Assembly: GCA_963783575.1 (NCBI GenBank)
Contig: CAWAOD010000004.1
Span: 224,001 to 288,000 of the forward strand
Direction of reading: 5' to 3'
DNA length: 64,000 nucleotides
DNA from: an uncultured Spirochaetota bacterium
GTDB taxonomy: Bacteria > Spirochaetota > Brevinematia > Brevinematales > JAOACQ01
Shown one piece after another: positions 42,307-51,340 of the stretch. The notes below the pieces were generated by a model. That model made no database searches. It was not told the origin of the DNA and saw only the letters and a list, made by a program, of their open reading frames with translations. Made by a program: the position numbers and the translations under genes. Positions within the stretch are counted from its first letter, which is position 1. The number at the start of each line of letters is the position of its first letter.

Positions 42307-44652
42307 ATGGAATTTAACAACCTTAACAATCAAAACAAAAATAATAAAAAAACAATTGGTTTTATTATAAATGCATTCTCCGGATTCTCCAGTTATGAAA
42401 ATCAATTATGGAATGGAGTCTATGAAGCGGCCGTGAGAAGAGATGTGAATCTGCTTTGTTATACCGGGGATAGAATAATATTAAATCCCGATAAAAAATA
42501 TCAAAGCCTAAAAAACATAATCTATGAATTTATTGATAGAGAAACAATAGACGGTCTTTTATTGGCTACCAGCGCCGTGGCCAACCATATTTCACCGGAA
42601 GACTTTGCCGTGTACTGCGATCGATTTATACATAAAATGCTGGTAGTAAGTATCGGGGGAACAGAATTAAATATCCCGAAATGCCTGGTTGACAACAAAA
42701 AGGGAATGCATGACATAATCGCCCATATGATCGAGAAGCATCAAAAGCGGAAAATACTTTTTATCCGGGGACCTGAAGGCAGTGACGATGCTAAACAGAG
42801 ATTTGAGGTTTATCAGGATGTCCTTAAAGAATACGGGATTCCATATGATCCTCAGCTCGTAATGATAGGGAATTTTGTCGATACAAGCGGATTTGAATTG
42901 ACTAATGAAATGATCCTGAAGAAAAAAGCTGAATTTGATTGTATTGTCGCGTCGAATGATGGTATGGCTATGGGAGCCATCCAGGCTTTGGTAAAAAACA
43001 ATATCAGGGTACCTTACGATATTCCGGTCGTAGGTTTTGACGATATAGAAACCGCGGCATACCATAATCCCCCATTATCAACCGTACGCCAGCCGATCTT
43101 TAACCAGGCTAAAAATGCCGCCGAAATGCTGATCGATTTGATTGAAGGAAAAAACGGCGACAATACCTTTTACCTTCCGACAGAAATAGTAATAAGGCAG
43201 TCCTGCGGGTGTTTTCCCGAATCAATTATTAAAGCCAAAGCCGCATTTAAAGAAAACACGCAGGTAAATCCGCTAAAAACAGATCATATCATTATTTTTG
43301 AGCAGAGGATGAGAGAAATAATAGAAGAAATGAAAAAGATAGTTTTATCATCTGCATATTCAAATGAAATGGAAATAGAAAAGTCTCTATCCGATCTGTA
43401 TAAATCATTTTATAAGGAAGCATCCGGTAACAAGGATGCAAATATTCTTCAAACTCTTGATGAAATATTGGTCAAAGTAATTTCACAGGATGGCGATCTT
43501 TCAGTCTGGCAGGATGTTATCACGGTTTTACGGAATAAAAGTTATGAGATCATTTTTGATGAACAGATCAAATTAAATTCGGAAAACTTAATCCAGCAGG
43601 CAAGGATTCTATTGAGTGATTTTTCTCTTAGAGGCCATACCATAAAAAAGAATAAGGAGGACAGGGAAAGTTTTTATCTTCGGGAAGTATTACAGACTAT
43701 AAGTACTAATTTTGAATTGCATGACCTTCTTCTTGTCGTTACCGGTGAACTTTCAAGGCTTAATATACCAGGCTGTTATATCTGTGAATTCGATGATAAC
43801 GAATATATACCGCAGAGTGCAAAATTGCTTCTTGCTTACGATAAAAAAGACCAGATAAACGAACTGTCTGGAAAAAACATTACAAGTTACAAATTTTCAA
43901 CAATGGTACTTATTCCGAAAGATATTTTTCCAAAACATACTTTCAGGATGGTTATTCAGCCGTTGATTTACAAGCAGAATAAAATCGGGTACGCATTATT
44001 TGAAATAGGCACAATGACCGGATATATCTATGAGTCAATCGGCGCCCAATTGAGCAGCTCGCTTCAAGGAGCTCATATTCTGAAAAAATCGGAACAGGCT
44101 GAAGAATATCTTAAGGCAAGGAATCTTCAAATCCAGTCTCTGGTTGTCCCTATGATTGATTCCATAAAACGTATTTCGGAATTAACCCAGGAAAAGATGA
44201 AATCAATTCTTGATATTACCGATATGACGCGGAAGAGCTTCCGGGAAATTGCTGAAACAAATTCAATAATAGATAAGGTCGCGGAAAACATCAATAAGAT
44301 GGCTGAAATAATAAATATTATCAACGAAATATCATCCACAGTCAATGTTGTCGCCCTGAACGCTTCAATTGAATCCACTCATGCCGGACAATATGGAAGC
44401 GGGTTTGCGATAATCGCAAAAGAGATTAAGAAACTGTCAGACAATACAAAAAAGAATTCCGAAGAGATATCTAAAACATTGAAAGATGTAATCCAGAAAA
44501 TCAAAGATTCCATATTAAAAAGTAATGATAGCATGAAAACATTCAAGGCTCAGGAAACGGGCGTTAATGAAATCCTGGATTCACTGAAAATAATATCATC
44601 AAATATGGAAGAACTTTCCAGCAGCAGCAAAGAAATTTTGAACCTGATGTAG
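42307..44652 (+). CDS. Soluble chemoreceptor-like protein: LacI-type ligand-binding domain fused to a short MCP signalling domain
   Basis: VDN..G, ASND.MA.GA, VP.DI.VVGFDD, PLSTVRQP; C-terminal ALNASIE..HAG..G.GFAIIA.EIKKL; no HTH or TM seen. Confidence 0.8.
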   Translation: MEFNNLNNQNKNNKKTIGFIINAFSGFSSYENQLWNGVYEAAVRRDVNLLCYTGDRIILNPDKKYQSLKNIIYEFIDRETIDGLLLATSAVANHISPEDFAVYCDRFIHKMLVVSIGGTELNIPKCLVDNKKGMHDIIAHMIEKHQKRKILFIRGPEGSDDAKQRFEVYQDVLKEYGIPYDPQLVMIGNFVDTSGFELTNEMILKKKAEFDCIVASNDGMAMGAIQALVKNNIRVPYDIPVVGFDDIETAAYHNPPLSTVRQPIFNQAKNAAEMLIDLIEGKNGDNTFYLPTEIVIRQSCGCFPESIIKAKAAFKENTQVNPLKTDHIIIFEQRMREIIEEMKKIVLSSAYSNEMEIEKSLSDLYKSFYKEASGNKDANILQTLDEILVKVISQDGDLSVWQDVITVLRNKSYEIIFDEQIKLNSENLIQQARILLSDFSLRGHTIKKNKEDRESFYLREVLQTISTNFELHDLLLVVTGELSRLNIPGCYICEFDDNEYIPQSAKLLLAYDKKDQINELSGKNITSYKFSTMVLIPKDIFPKHTFRMVIQPLIYKQNKIGYALFEIGTMTGYIYESIGAQLSSSLQGAHILKKSEQAEEYLKARNLQIQSLVVPMIDSIKRISELTQEKMKSILDITDMTRKSFREIAETNSIIDKVAENINKMAEIINIINEISSTVNVVALNASIESTHAGQYGSGFAIIAKEIKKLSDNTKKNSEEISKTLKDVIQKIKDSILKSNDSMKTFKAQETGVNEILDSLKIISSNMEELSSSSKEILNLM

Positions 44653-44700
44653 GCTTCATGGCGGGCTTAACAGATAATTTAATAATGAAAGAAGGCTTTT

Positions 44701-45324
44701 ATGTTTACGGGGATTATAAGGTATACAGGTGAAATTGCATCCGTTAAAAGCGCGGGGCAGGGAAAAAGGTTCCAGATCCGCACGGAGAGAGAATTTATCT
44801 CGCGGCTAGAAAAAGGAATAACAAGCGTATCGATCGACGGAGCCTGTCATACTGCCGAAGATACCAGTCCTGATAGTTTTACAACTTTTTCAAGCTTTGA
44901 GACAATCCGCAAAACCACAACAGGCCTCTTAAAAGGCGGCAATTATGTTAACCTTGAACTGCCGCTTACACCTGAAAGCCTTCTTGATGGGCATTTAGTC
45001 CAGGGTCATGTTGATGGAATAGGGACAATATCTTCTTTTAGAAAAAAAGGCGAAGCCTTTCTTTTCCGTTTTACGGCGGATCATAGTATAATAAAATACC
45101 TTGTGGAGAAGGATTCCATTGCCGTTGATGGAATCAGTCTAACATTATTTAATGTCGATGAATCTTCATTTCAGACCGCCATTATACCTGAAACAATACA
45201 AAAAACCACTCTTAATTGGAAAAGAGAGGGAAGCGCCGTAAATATTGAAATCAATATTTTTGCCAAATATGCTGAGAAGATCCTGAAAAACGGCAACAGT
45301 AAAATTGAGGACTTTGCCGGATAG
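44701..45324 (+). CDS. ribE: Riboflavin synthase (alpha chain)
   Basis: MFTGII start, VNLE, GHLVQGHVDG, SIAVDGISLT. Confidence 0.93.
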   Translation: MFTGIIRYTGEIASVKSAGQGKRFQIRTEREFISRLEKGITSVSIDGACHTAEDTSPDSFTTFSSFETIRKTTTGLLKGGNYVNLELPLTPESLLDGHLVQGHVDGIGTISSFRKKGEAFLFRFTADHSIIKYLVEKDSIAVDGISLTLFNVDESSFQTAIIPETIQKTTLNWKREGSAVNIEINIFAKYAEKILKNGNSKIEDFAG

Positions 45325-45395
45325 TTATGACATAATTTTCAAATTGACGGATCAAATTATAAGATAAAATTCATTCAGTTCAAATTTATATTCAT

Positions 45396-45914
45396 TCAGC
45401 CGGAAACTTTATTCAAGCAATAAATAATCTCTCCAACATACATTCTATGATAATCCTTATCCGGGTAATTTTTGTTTATATTTTTGTCCAGAAATTTAGA
45501 CGGATCGATATCCTGGTAATAGATTTTTTTGCATCCCAGAATAAGCATAGCTTCATTAAAGTACAAGGTTTCTTTCATATCAAAAGCCGGGTTTAATTCT
45601 TCAACAGCCATTTTGTTGACATTCCTGCCGGAATTTATACCGCAGTATTCAAGGGTTTTTCTATATGATTCATCAAAGAAATTTAAAGTAAAATAGCTTG
45701 ATTTTTCAACAAATTCATACGTATACCTTCCGGGACGGATAAAACAGAAGCAAACTTTTTTGCCCCAGAGAACCCCCATTCCTCCCCAGCTTGCGCACAT
45801 CATATTATATGAATCGATATTACCGGACGCAATCAGCATCCATTTTGTCCCTATCATATCAAAAACATTTCCGCCGATGGATTCAGGATTTTTTTTCAAA
45901 AATATCTTATTCAT
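45396..45914 (-). CDS. Flavin reductase-like FMN-binding protein
   Basis: N.M.ASWG..G.LW, RP.RYT, CG..SGR, H.MYVGEI. Confidence 0.88.
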   Translation of the reverse strand: MNKIFLKKNPESIGGNVFDMIGTKWMLIASGNIDSYNMMCASWGGMGVLWGKKVCFCFIRPGRYTYEFVEKSSYFTLNFFDESYRKTLEYCGINSGRNVNKMAVEELNPAFDMKETLYFNEAMLILGCKKIYYQDIDPSKFLDKNINKNYPDKDYHRMYVGEIIYCLNKVSG

Positions 45915-45998
45915 AGAAACTCATCCTTATTATAATGAATTTAGACAATGTCTCAATTACCATTTTAACAATGAATTAAGAACATATTTAGGTCAATT

Positions 45999-47135
45999 TT
46001 ATAATGATTTCTGTTCATTGTCAACTATTAACTTTCCTTTTTCATAAAAAAGTTTGCCGTCGGCATATATCTTTCCTTCATCGCGCATATCGCAGAGCAT
46101 ATCCCAGTGTATTACAGAACGGTTCATGCCCCCGGCTTCGATCATCGAATCTCCAAGAGCCAGGTGCACAGTACCACCGATTTTCTCATCGAAAAGCATA
46201 TTCCGTGTGAATTTTTTTATTTTATAGTTTGTGCCGATAGCCACTTCACCGAAAAACTTTGCCCCTTCATCTGTTTCCAGAAGGGTTTTTAAGAGGTCTT
46301 CACCTTTTTCAGCAGCGGCTTTTATTACTTTACCCGACTTTACTTCTAGATAAATTCCCTCTATCATTCTATCCATATAAATTCCCGGAAAACTGAATGT
46401 AATATGTCCATCGATCCCGTTTTCAACGGGCGACGTAAATACCTCGCCATCGGGAAAATTCTCGGTTCCGCTGCAGTTTATCCATTTCCTGCCCTCAATG
46501 TTTACCGTCAGATCTGTGTTTTCCGATACTATGCGAAGGGATTTTTTTGAATCAAGATACTCAACATATTTATCCTGGTTCCTTCTAATTTTAATCCATT
46601 CAGCGATAGGATCGTCCAGGTCGAGGTATCCCGATCCGTAAACAAAATCCTGGTATTCGGATAAACTCATTTCGGATTCCTGTGCATCCGCCTGAGTGGG
46701 GTACTGAGTTCCGCACCATCGCAATGAACCGTTCCCAACCCTCTCGGTATAGATTTTCCGCCATTCTGCCGCACCTTTCATTGAAAGCTGCAGCTTTCCG
46801 GGATTGATATTCGTTTTTGCCCTTGTATTCTTTGATGCCCAGGCAGTCAGCCAGACATCGGCTTTTTCAACGGCGTATTTTTGTATTAATCTGTCATGAA
46901 CCAATTGCTCATCACTTCCATATTTCAATAAATTCTCAGATACTTCCGGCTGATCAACAAGTGTTTCGACATGAGCGCCTGCCTTGATTGCTTCGGCCGC
47001 AACGGCCTCAATCCACTCAAGAGCCGCGTCTTCGGCCTGGACAACAACAAAATCTCCCGGTTTCACTTTTGCGGAATAATTCACAAGAACACCGGCTAAT
47101 TTTTTTAATCTCGGATCGGTCATAATATTCTCCAT
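45999..47135 (-). CDS. Aminopeptidase (M29, AmpS/PepS family)
   Basis: NFPDGEVFT.P, GEVAIG, LFDEK.GGT.HLALG, S.IHWDM. Confidence 0.93.
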   Translation of the reverse strand: MENIMTDPRLKKLAGVLVNYSAKVKPGDFVVVQAEDAALEWIEAVAAEAIKAGAHVETLVDQPEVSENLLKYGSDEQLVHDRLIQKYAVEKADVWLTAWASKNTRAKTNINPGKLQLSMKGAAEWRKIYTERVGNGSLRWCGTQYPTQADAQESEMSLSEYQDFVYGSGYLDLDDPIAEWIKIRRNQDKYVEYLDSKKSLRIVSENTDLTVNIEGRKWINCSGTENFPDGEVFTSPVENGIDGHITFSFPGIYMDRMIEGIYLEVKSGKVIKAAAEKGEDLLKTLLETDEGAKFFGEVAIGTNYKIKKFTRNMLFDEKIGGTVHLALGDSMIEAGGMNRSVIHWDMLCDMRDEGKIYADGKLFYEKGKLIVDNEQKSL

Positions 47136-47285
47136 AAGTTTTTACTAAATTAAGCGGTTCTTTACTCTTACATTAAAAAGATTTAGTCGATTCTTATAAG
47201 AGAATTTTAATAAAAATCGCTCACTTCAAGTTATATTAGCATAGATTTTAAAAATAAATCCTAAAAACAGCAAAAATTTTTATAA

Positions 47286-47321
47286 CCTGACATAGTATTG
47301 TCAGTGAAAGTAAGTTATAAT
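47286..47321 (+). promoter_or_regulatory. Palindromic operator CTGACA-N6-TGTCAG with a downstream TATAAT
   Basis: CCTGACATAGTATTGTCAGT, then TGTCAG-N11-TATAAT; same geometry as the 42217 copy. Confidence 0.65.
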
Positions 47322-47392
47322 TAGTCGAAAGTCATTTAGTTAAATAGTCAGCTAGTCAAATTCGACTTTCGACTGATGTTTTGGAGGCATTT

Positions 47393-47812
47393 ATGGCATA
47401 CGGCGCCTTAACGGATAAAAACTTAAAGCCGGATGATGAATCAGTTCATAACTGCCTGGCTTCAGCTGAGGTATATTGGAATTCACTGGTTCAAAACATT
47501 ACCGATAATTATAAAGCCGGCGGGGAATGGAAATATTACGGTAAGAATTACGGTTGGGCTCTCGGGTTTAAAAAATCCGGAAAGGCTTTAATTTCACTTT
47601 TCCCGGCAAAAGATTACTTTACTGCACTTATAATTTTAAATAGCAAACAGGCGGAAAATTCTCTGAAAGAAGGATTAAATCCAAATACATTAAAGCTCAT
47701 TGAAAAAACACCGCGGATTTATGAAGGCCGGTGGATTTTCCTTCCTGTAAAATGTGAAGAAGACATTGCTGATATTAGAATATTATTAAAAATCAGAACT
47801 TTAAAAATATAA
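47393..47812 (+). CDS. DUF3788 family protein
   Basis: W.Y.GK..GW...K..K....L.P, EGRW; GGAGG SD places the start at ATG 47393. Confidence 0.8.
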   Translation: MAYGALTDKNLKPDDESVHNCLASAEVYWNSLVQNITDNYKAGGEWKYYGKNYGWALGFKKSGKALISLFPAKDYFTALIILNSKQAENSLKEGLNPNTLKLIEKTPRIYEGRWIFLPVKCEEDIADIRILLKIRTLKI

Positions 47813-47824
47813 TGGAGGGCATTT

Positions 47825-48451
47825 ATGTCCGTACTTGAAAAAATCGCATATTATCAAAACCGCAGGGACGAAGTCCCTAACCAGGAACTTGCAAAAGAAC
47901 TGGCTTCTAAAGGAGACATTAAAGGGATCAAGGAAATAGCCCAAAATCTCTGGAACAAAGACAAAAATATCCAGAGCGATTGCCTGAAAGTTCTTTACGA
48001 GACCGGTTATATCCGTCCCAATCTTATTGCCGAATATTACCTGGATTTTATAAAGCTTTTAAAAAGCAAAAATAACCGCATGGTCTGGGGCGCTATGATC
48101 GCTTTGTCAACGATAGCCGGCATAAAAGCGAATGAAATCTGGCCGTTTATAGATGATATTATTGAAACAATGGAAGAAGGATCTGTCATTACAATCGACA
48201 ACGCAGTTAAAACCATCTCGAAAATTGCTTCGACTTCAGGTGAGTACAGGCAAAAGCTATTTCCCATACTTATCAACTGCCTTAAAACCTGCATACCCCG
48301 AGATGTTCCGCGTCATGCCGAGAGCATTATTCTTGCCGTTGATGAGAACAATAAAGATGAATTCATCGATACAATCGAATCAAGGATGGCTGAATTCAAA
48401 CCGGCCCAGCTCCCGAGGATTAAAAAGATATTTATAGCGCTTAAAATGTAA
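47825..48451 (+). CDS. Conserved helical-repeat hypothetical protein
   Basis: RRDEVPNQELA, DC.KVLYE, NNR.VWG.M.AL, GSVIT.D. Confidence 0.7.
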   Translation: MSVLEKIAYYQNRRDEVPNQELAKELASKGDIKGIKEIAQNLWNKDKNIQSDCLKVLYETGYIRPNLIAEYYLDFIKLLKSKNNRMVWGAMIALSTIAGIKANEIWPFIDDIIETMEEGSVITIDNAVKTISKIASTSGEYRQKLFPILINCLKTCIPRDVPRHAESIILAVDENNKDEFIDTIESRMAEFKPAQLPRIKKIFIALKM

Positions 48452-48517
48452 TAACATTGTTTAAAAATAAAATTGATAATCTTATGAAATAGCGGTATAT
48501 TTAGTAAAATTATCTTA

Positions 48518-49177
48518 TTGGGGCGTAATATGAGTTCTTTTATTTCCGGAAATATGTTAATTCGCCTGGGCGGTTTATCCTTCATCACTTCCTGTATCGG
48601 CTTTATATTGTTCCTTGTTCTCTATGGTATTTTTTTACCGGTTAATACTGATAATTCCAACTATACCGGTCTATTGCTAAATAGAAACTGGATATGGGTA
48701 AATTTAATTCAATTATTCGCCATTATTACCGGAATATTCGGTACATTTGGATTGGTCGTTGGTTTAATTGAGAATTTACAGTGGTTAGGATTGGTTGGGT
48801 TGATTATTACGGTTTCCGGATATGTTTTCATGACCGGTACTTCATTTACGGAAACATTCGCATGGTCAACTCTTGCGCAGTTCATAACTCCCGAACAAAT
48901 TATGCAGCCAGCCGGACAAACTTTGAAAAATACTCCATTCATTACTGCCTCAATGGTTGGTTTTCATTTGTTTGCGATTGGATATTTTCTGATTGGTTTG
49001 GGGTTGTTTCTTAATACTACCTCCCCAAAATGGTTGCCATTATGCCTGATGGCAGGAAGTTTTTTGTTTTCATTAAGTTTTATTATTGGAGGTACAATCC
49101 GGTATAAATTGAATCCGCTTGCAGCATTAATAATGTTAGGAGGGCTCATTCCTTTAGGAATTAAGTTGCTCAAATAA
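48518..49177 (+). CDS. Hypothetical membrane protein (about 6 TMs)
   Basis: Hydrophobic segments; likely start ATG at 48530. Confidence 0.65.
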   Translation: MGRNMSSFISGNMLIRLGGLSFITSCIGFILFLVLYGIFLPVNTDNSNYTGLLLNRNWIWVNLIQLFAIITGIFGTFGLVVGLIENLQWLGLVGLIITVSGYVFMTGTSFTETFAWSTLAQFITPEQIMQPAGQTLKNTPFITASMVGFHLFAIGYFLIGLGLFLNTTSPKWLPLCLMAGSFLFSLSFIIGGTIRYKLNPLAALIMLGGLIPLGIKLLK

Positions 49178-49200
49178 CAATTCAAAAAATAAGCGGTATA

Positions 49201-49596
49201 TTATTTGTCGGGATCAATTCCTTTTTCAATCCAATCCAATGCAATCTGTTCCCAATTTGGACTAGATGAAGAATCAATATAACGTGCTTTATCATATGTC
49301 CCAAACTCTTTTGCACGACGAATCATTTGCAATTTCATGAGTGAAGTTGGGACTATGTTGACTGAACGTATCAATCCCTTTTGAACAACCGCTTTATAAC
49401 AATTGTTAACTGCTCCTTGAGATTCAGCTGGCATTGGCTTTCCATTTATTAGATTAATCAATATACTAATACTGCCATCAAAACTATCAAGAACCTTCAT
49501 AAAATCCACTGCAAACTTCTTTGCTATTTCTTCGTTCATCATTCCATCAAAAGATAACATTATACCGTAAGGTTTCTTTTCGATTGCGTAAACCAT
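49201..49596 (-). CDS. Hypothetical protein (SpoIIAA/STAS-like alpha/beta fold possible)
   Basis: Clean ORF with an AGGGGG SD; ends in A.DWI..G.DP. Confidence 0.6.
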   Translation of the reverse strand: MVYAIEKKPYGIMLSFDGMMNEEIAKKFAVDFMKVLDSFDGSISILINLINGKPMPAESQGAVNNCYKAVVQKGLIRSVNIVPTSLMKLQMIRRAKEFGTYDKARYIDSSSSPNWEQIALDWIEKGIDPDK

Positions 49597-50030
49597 TACA
49601 TCCCCCTTTCTTAATCGTATTTGTCAATGTAAAACTTTAATAAAACCACATAATCCGTTGTTATTCCAGGATATTTTCCGGAATTAAAAGCTGTTTGCAT
49701 ACTTTTACATAACTCGAGAGACTGTCGTAAAAGTAGATTTCTAAAATATTTTTATTGGATAATATAGAGCTAAAACGGTAATTTACGAAATTGCATGAAG
49801 TTATTTATTGTAATTTTTTGAAAAAGAAAAGTCAAGGCATATTATATTAAAATAAAATGTTTCTTAACTTAGAGTGAGGAGAAAAGCATGAAAGGTGGAG
49901 TCAAAGTATGGGGTAATTAAATAAAAACTCGTCTGAATATGAATCACAAATTTACATAGGAGGTACAATTTGGTATAAGAATCCGATTGCAGCATTAATA
50001 ATACCCGCATTTAACAATCATTATATTTGC

Positions 50031-50417
50031 TTATCTTGCTAATTTGATAAAAGAAGTCCAAGTAATATAACCACCCATAACAATAACAAATAAACCGAAT
50101 GCAAATCTTAAATAAGCGGTATTGATTTTTAAAGCAATTTTTGAGCATATCCATGCTGAGATAAGAAGTGAAATAGCAATGATTACAGCAGCTTTAATGT
50201 CAACATGACCGTTACGATAGTATTCAAAAGCAGAAGCAATGCTGACAGGCAATATAAGAACAAAAAGGTTAGTCCCTACAGCCGTTTGCTGGGAAAAACC
50301 AACAAGATATACCAGAGCCGGGATAATAATTAATCCCCCCGCAAGACCGAAGAAACCAGTTGTAGCGCCTGAAGCTATGCCAATTAAAATTAATAAGATA
50401 TATTGATAATAATTCAT
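50031..50417 (-). CDS. TauE/SafE (TSUP) family exporter, half-size
   Basis: G.FGL.GG..IIP.L, Q..A.GT.L, YYR.G.VD. Confidence 0.85.
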   Translation of the reverse strand: MNYYQYILLILIGIASGATTGFFGLAGGLIIIPALVYLVGFSQQTAVGTNLFVLILPVSIASAFEYYRNGHVDIKAAVIIAISLLISAWICSKIALKINTAYLRFAFGLFVIVMGGYITWTSFIKLAR

Positions 50418-50564
50418 AAATTCTCCTTATGAAAAGTCCCTTTTTTTGAATAGAATTAAAATCTTCAAATATTTACATAATCTAGGGAGTGGTAAATCAA
50501 TATACTCAATCAATTAATCACCATTCCTATAAATTTATAAAAAATTTATTTACCGGTATATCCA

Positions 50565-50726
50565 TCAGGTTTTGAGAGGTTCATTAAATGACTCATAAGC
50601 AGTATAAAGCATAGTATTCCCGTCATAAGGATGTTCTTTTATTTTTCCATGACATTCCACAACTTGTTTTTCACTGCATTCTTCATTTTCAAGCCTGCAG
50701 TTACAATCACAATTACTTTTATCCAT
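50565..50726 (-). CDS. Unannotated 53-aa Cys/His-rich peptide
   Basis: Hand-translated MDKSNCDCNCRLENEECSEKQVVECHGKIKEHPYDGNTMLYTAYESFNEPLKT; AAGGAGGG SD. Confidence 0.65.
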   Translation of the reverse strand: MDKSNCDCNCRLENEECSEKQVVECHGKIKEHPYDGNTMLYTAYESFNEPLKT

Positions 50727-50778
50727 TTTTTCCCTCCTTTTTTTGACAAGATTTAATTTCGTCTTCTGAACAACTACC

Positions 50779-51066
50779 TTAACAATGACGTATTTGGGAT
50801 GCGATGTTTATGATTTTATTCGCAGTGTCTTTTAACATTTCCTTATCTGCATAATAATGTGTAAAATATCCTCTTTTCTCACCTTTTATGACACCTGCTT
50901 TTCTTAATACCTGAAGATGCTGAGAAACAGCAGCTTCTGAAATACCAATATTTCTTGCCAAGGCTCCTACACAAAAATCATTCGTCAATAAAAGAGTTAA
51001 AATTTTCATCCGCGTTTCATCAGCCAGAGCTTTTAAAACTTTAAGTAATTGATTCATTATATACAC
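50779..51066 (-). CDS. ArsR/SmtB family transcriptional regulator
   Basis: KALAD.TR..IL, CV..LA, S..AVSQHL.VLR.AG, EKRG. Confidence 0.93.
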   Translation of the reverse strand: MYIMNQLLKVLKALADETRMKILTLLLTNDFCVGALARNIGISEAAVSQHLQVLRKAGVIKGEKRGYFTHYYADKEMLKDTANKIINIASQIRHC

Positions 51067-51071
51067 ACCAT

Positions 51072-51124
51072 TTAATTAAGTATATACTTAAATATATAAT
51101 ATCATACTTAATTAATTTTGTCAA
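51072..51124 (-). promoter_or_regulatory. Sigma70 promoter with a palindromic operator, probably ArsR autoregulation
   Basis: Minus strand TTGACA-17-TATTAT; perfect palindrome TTAAGTATATACTTAA at 51076-51091. Confidence 0.65.
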
Positions 51125-51340
51125 TAGTGTTATATTAAAATTTTTGAAGTATCAAAATTCATTTTAAAAATGAAAATTCTTGTATATTAAAATTTTATTA
51201 TCTGTTTCCGGTAATCATAAATTTCCAGCATAATATAGATTATAAGCCGTAACTCATCAAAATTAGCAAAATTTTAATTATTGATTTAGAATATACAAAA
51301 TAAAATCCCAAAGTTGAAATAAAAACCCTGGAGCAAAACA

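Noticed and set aside
48452..50030. Integron cassette array (short AT-rich genes, scattered TAAC/GTTA cores)
   Set aside because: Mixed orientations, no paired attC boxes, no integrase in the window
51125..51340. SAM or cobalamin riboswitch before the methionine synthase
   Set aside because: Very AT-rich, with no SAM-I or B12-box consensus visible
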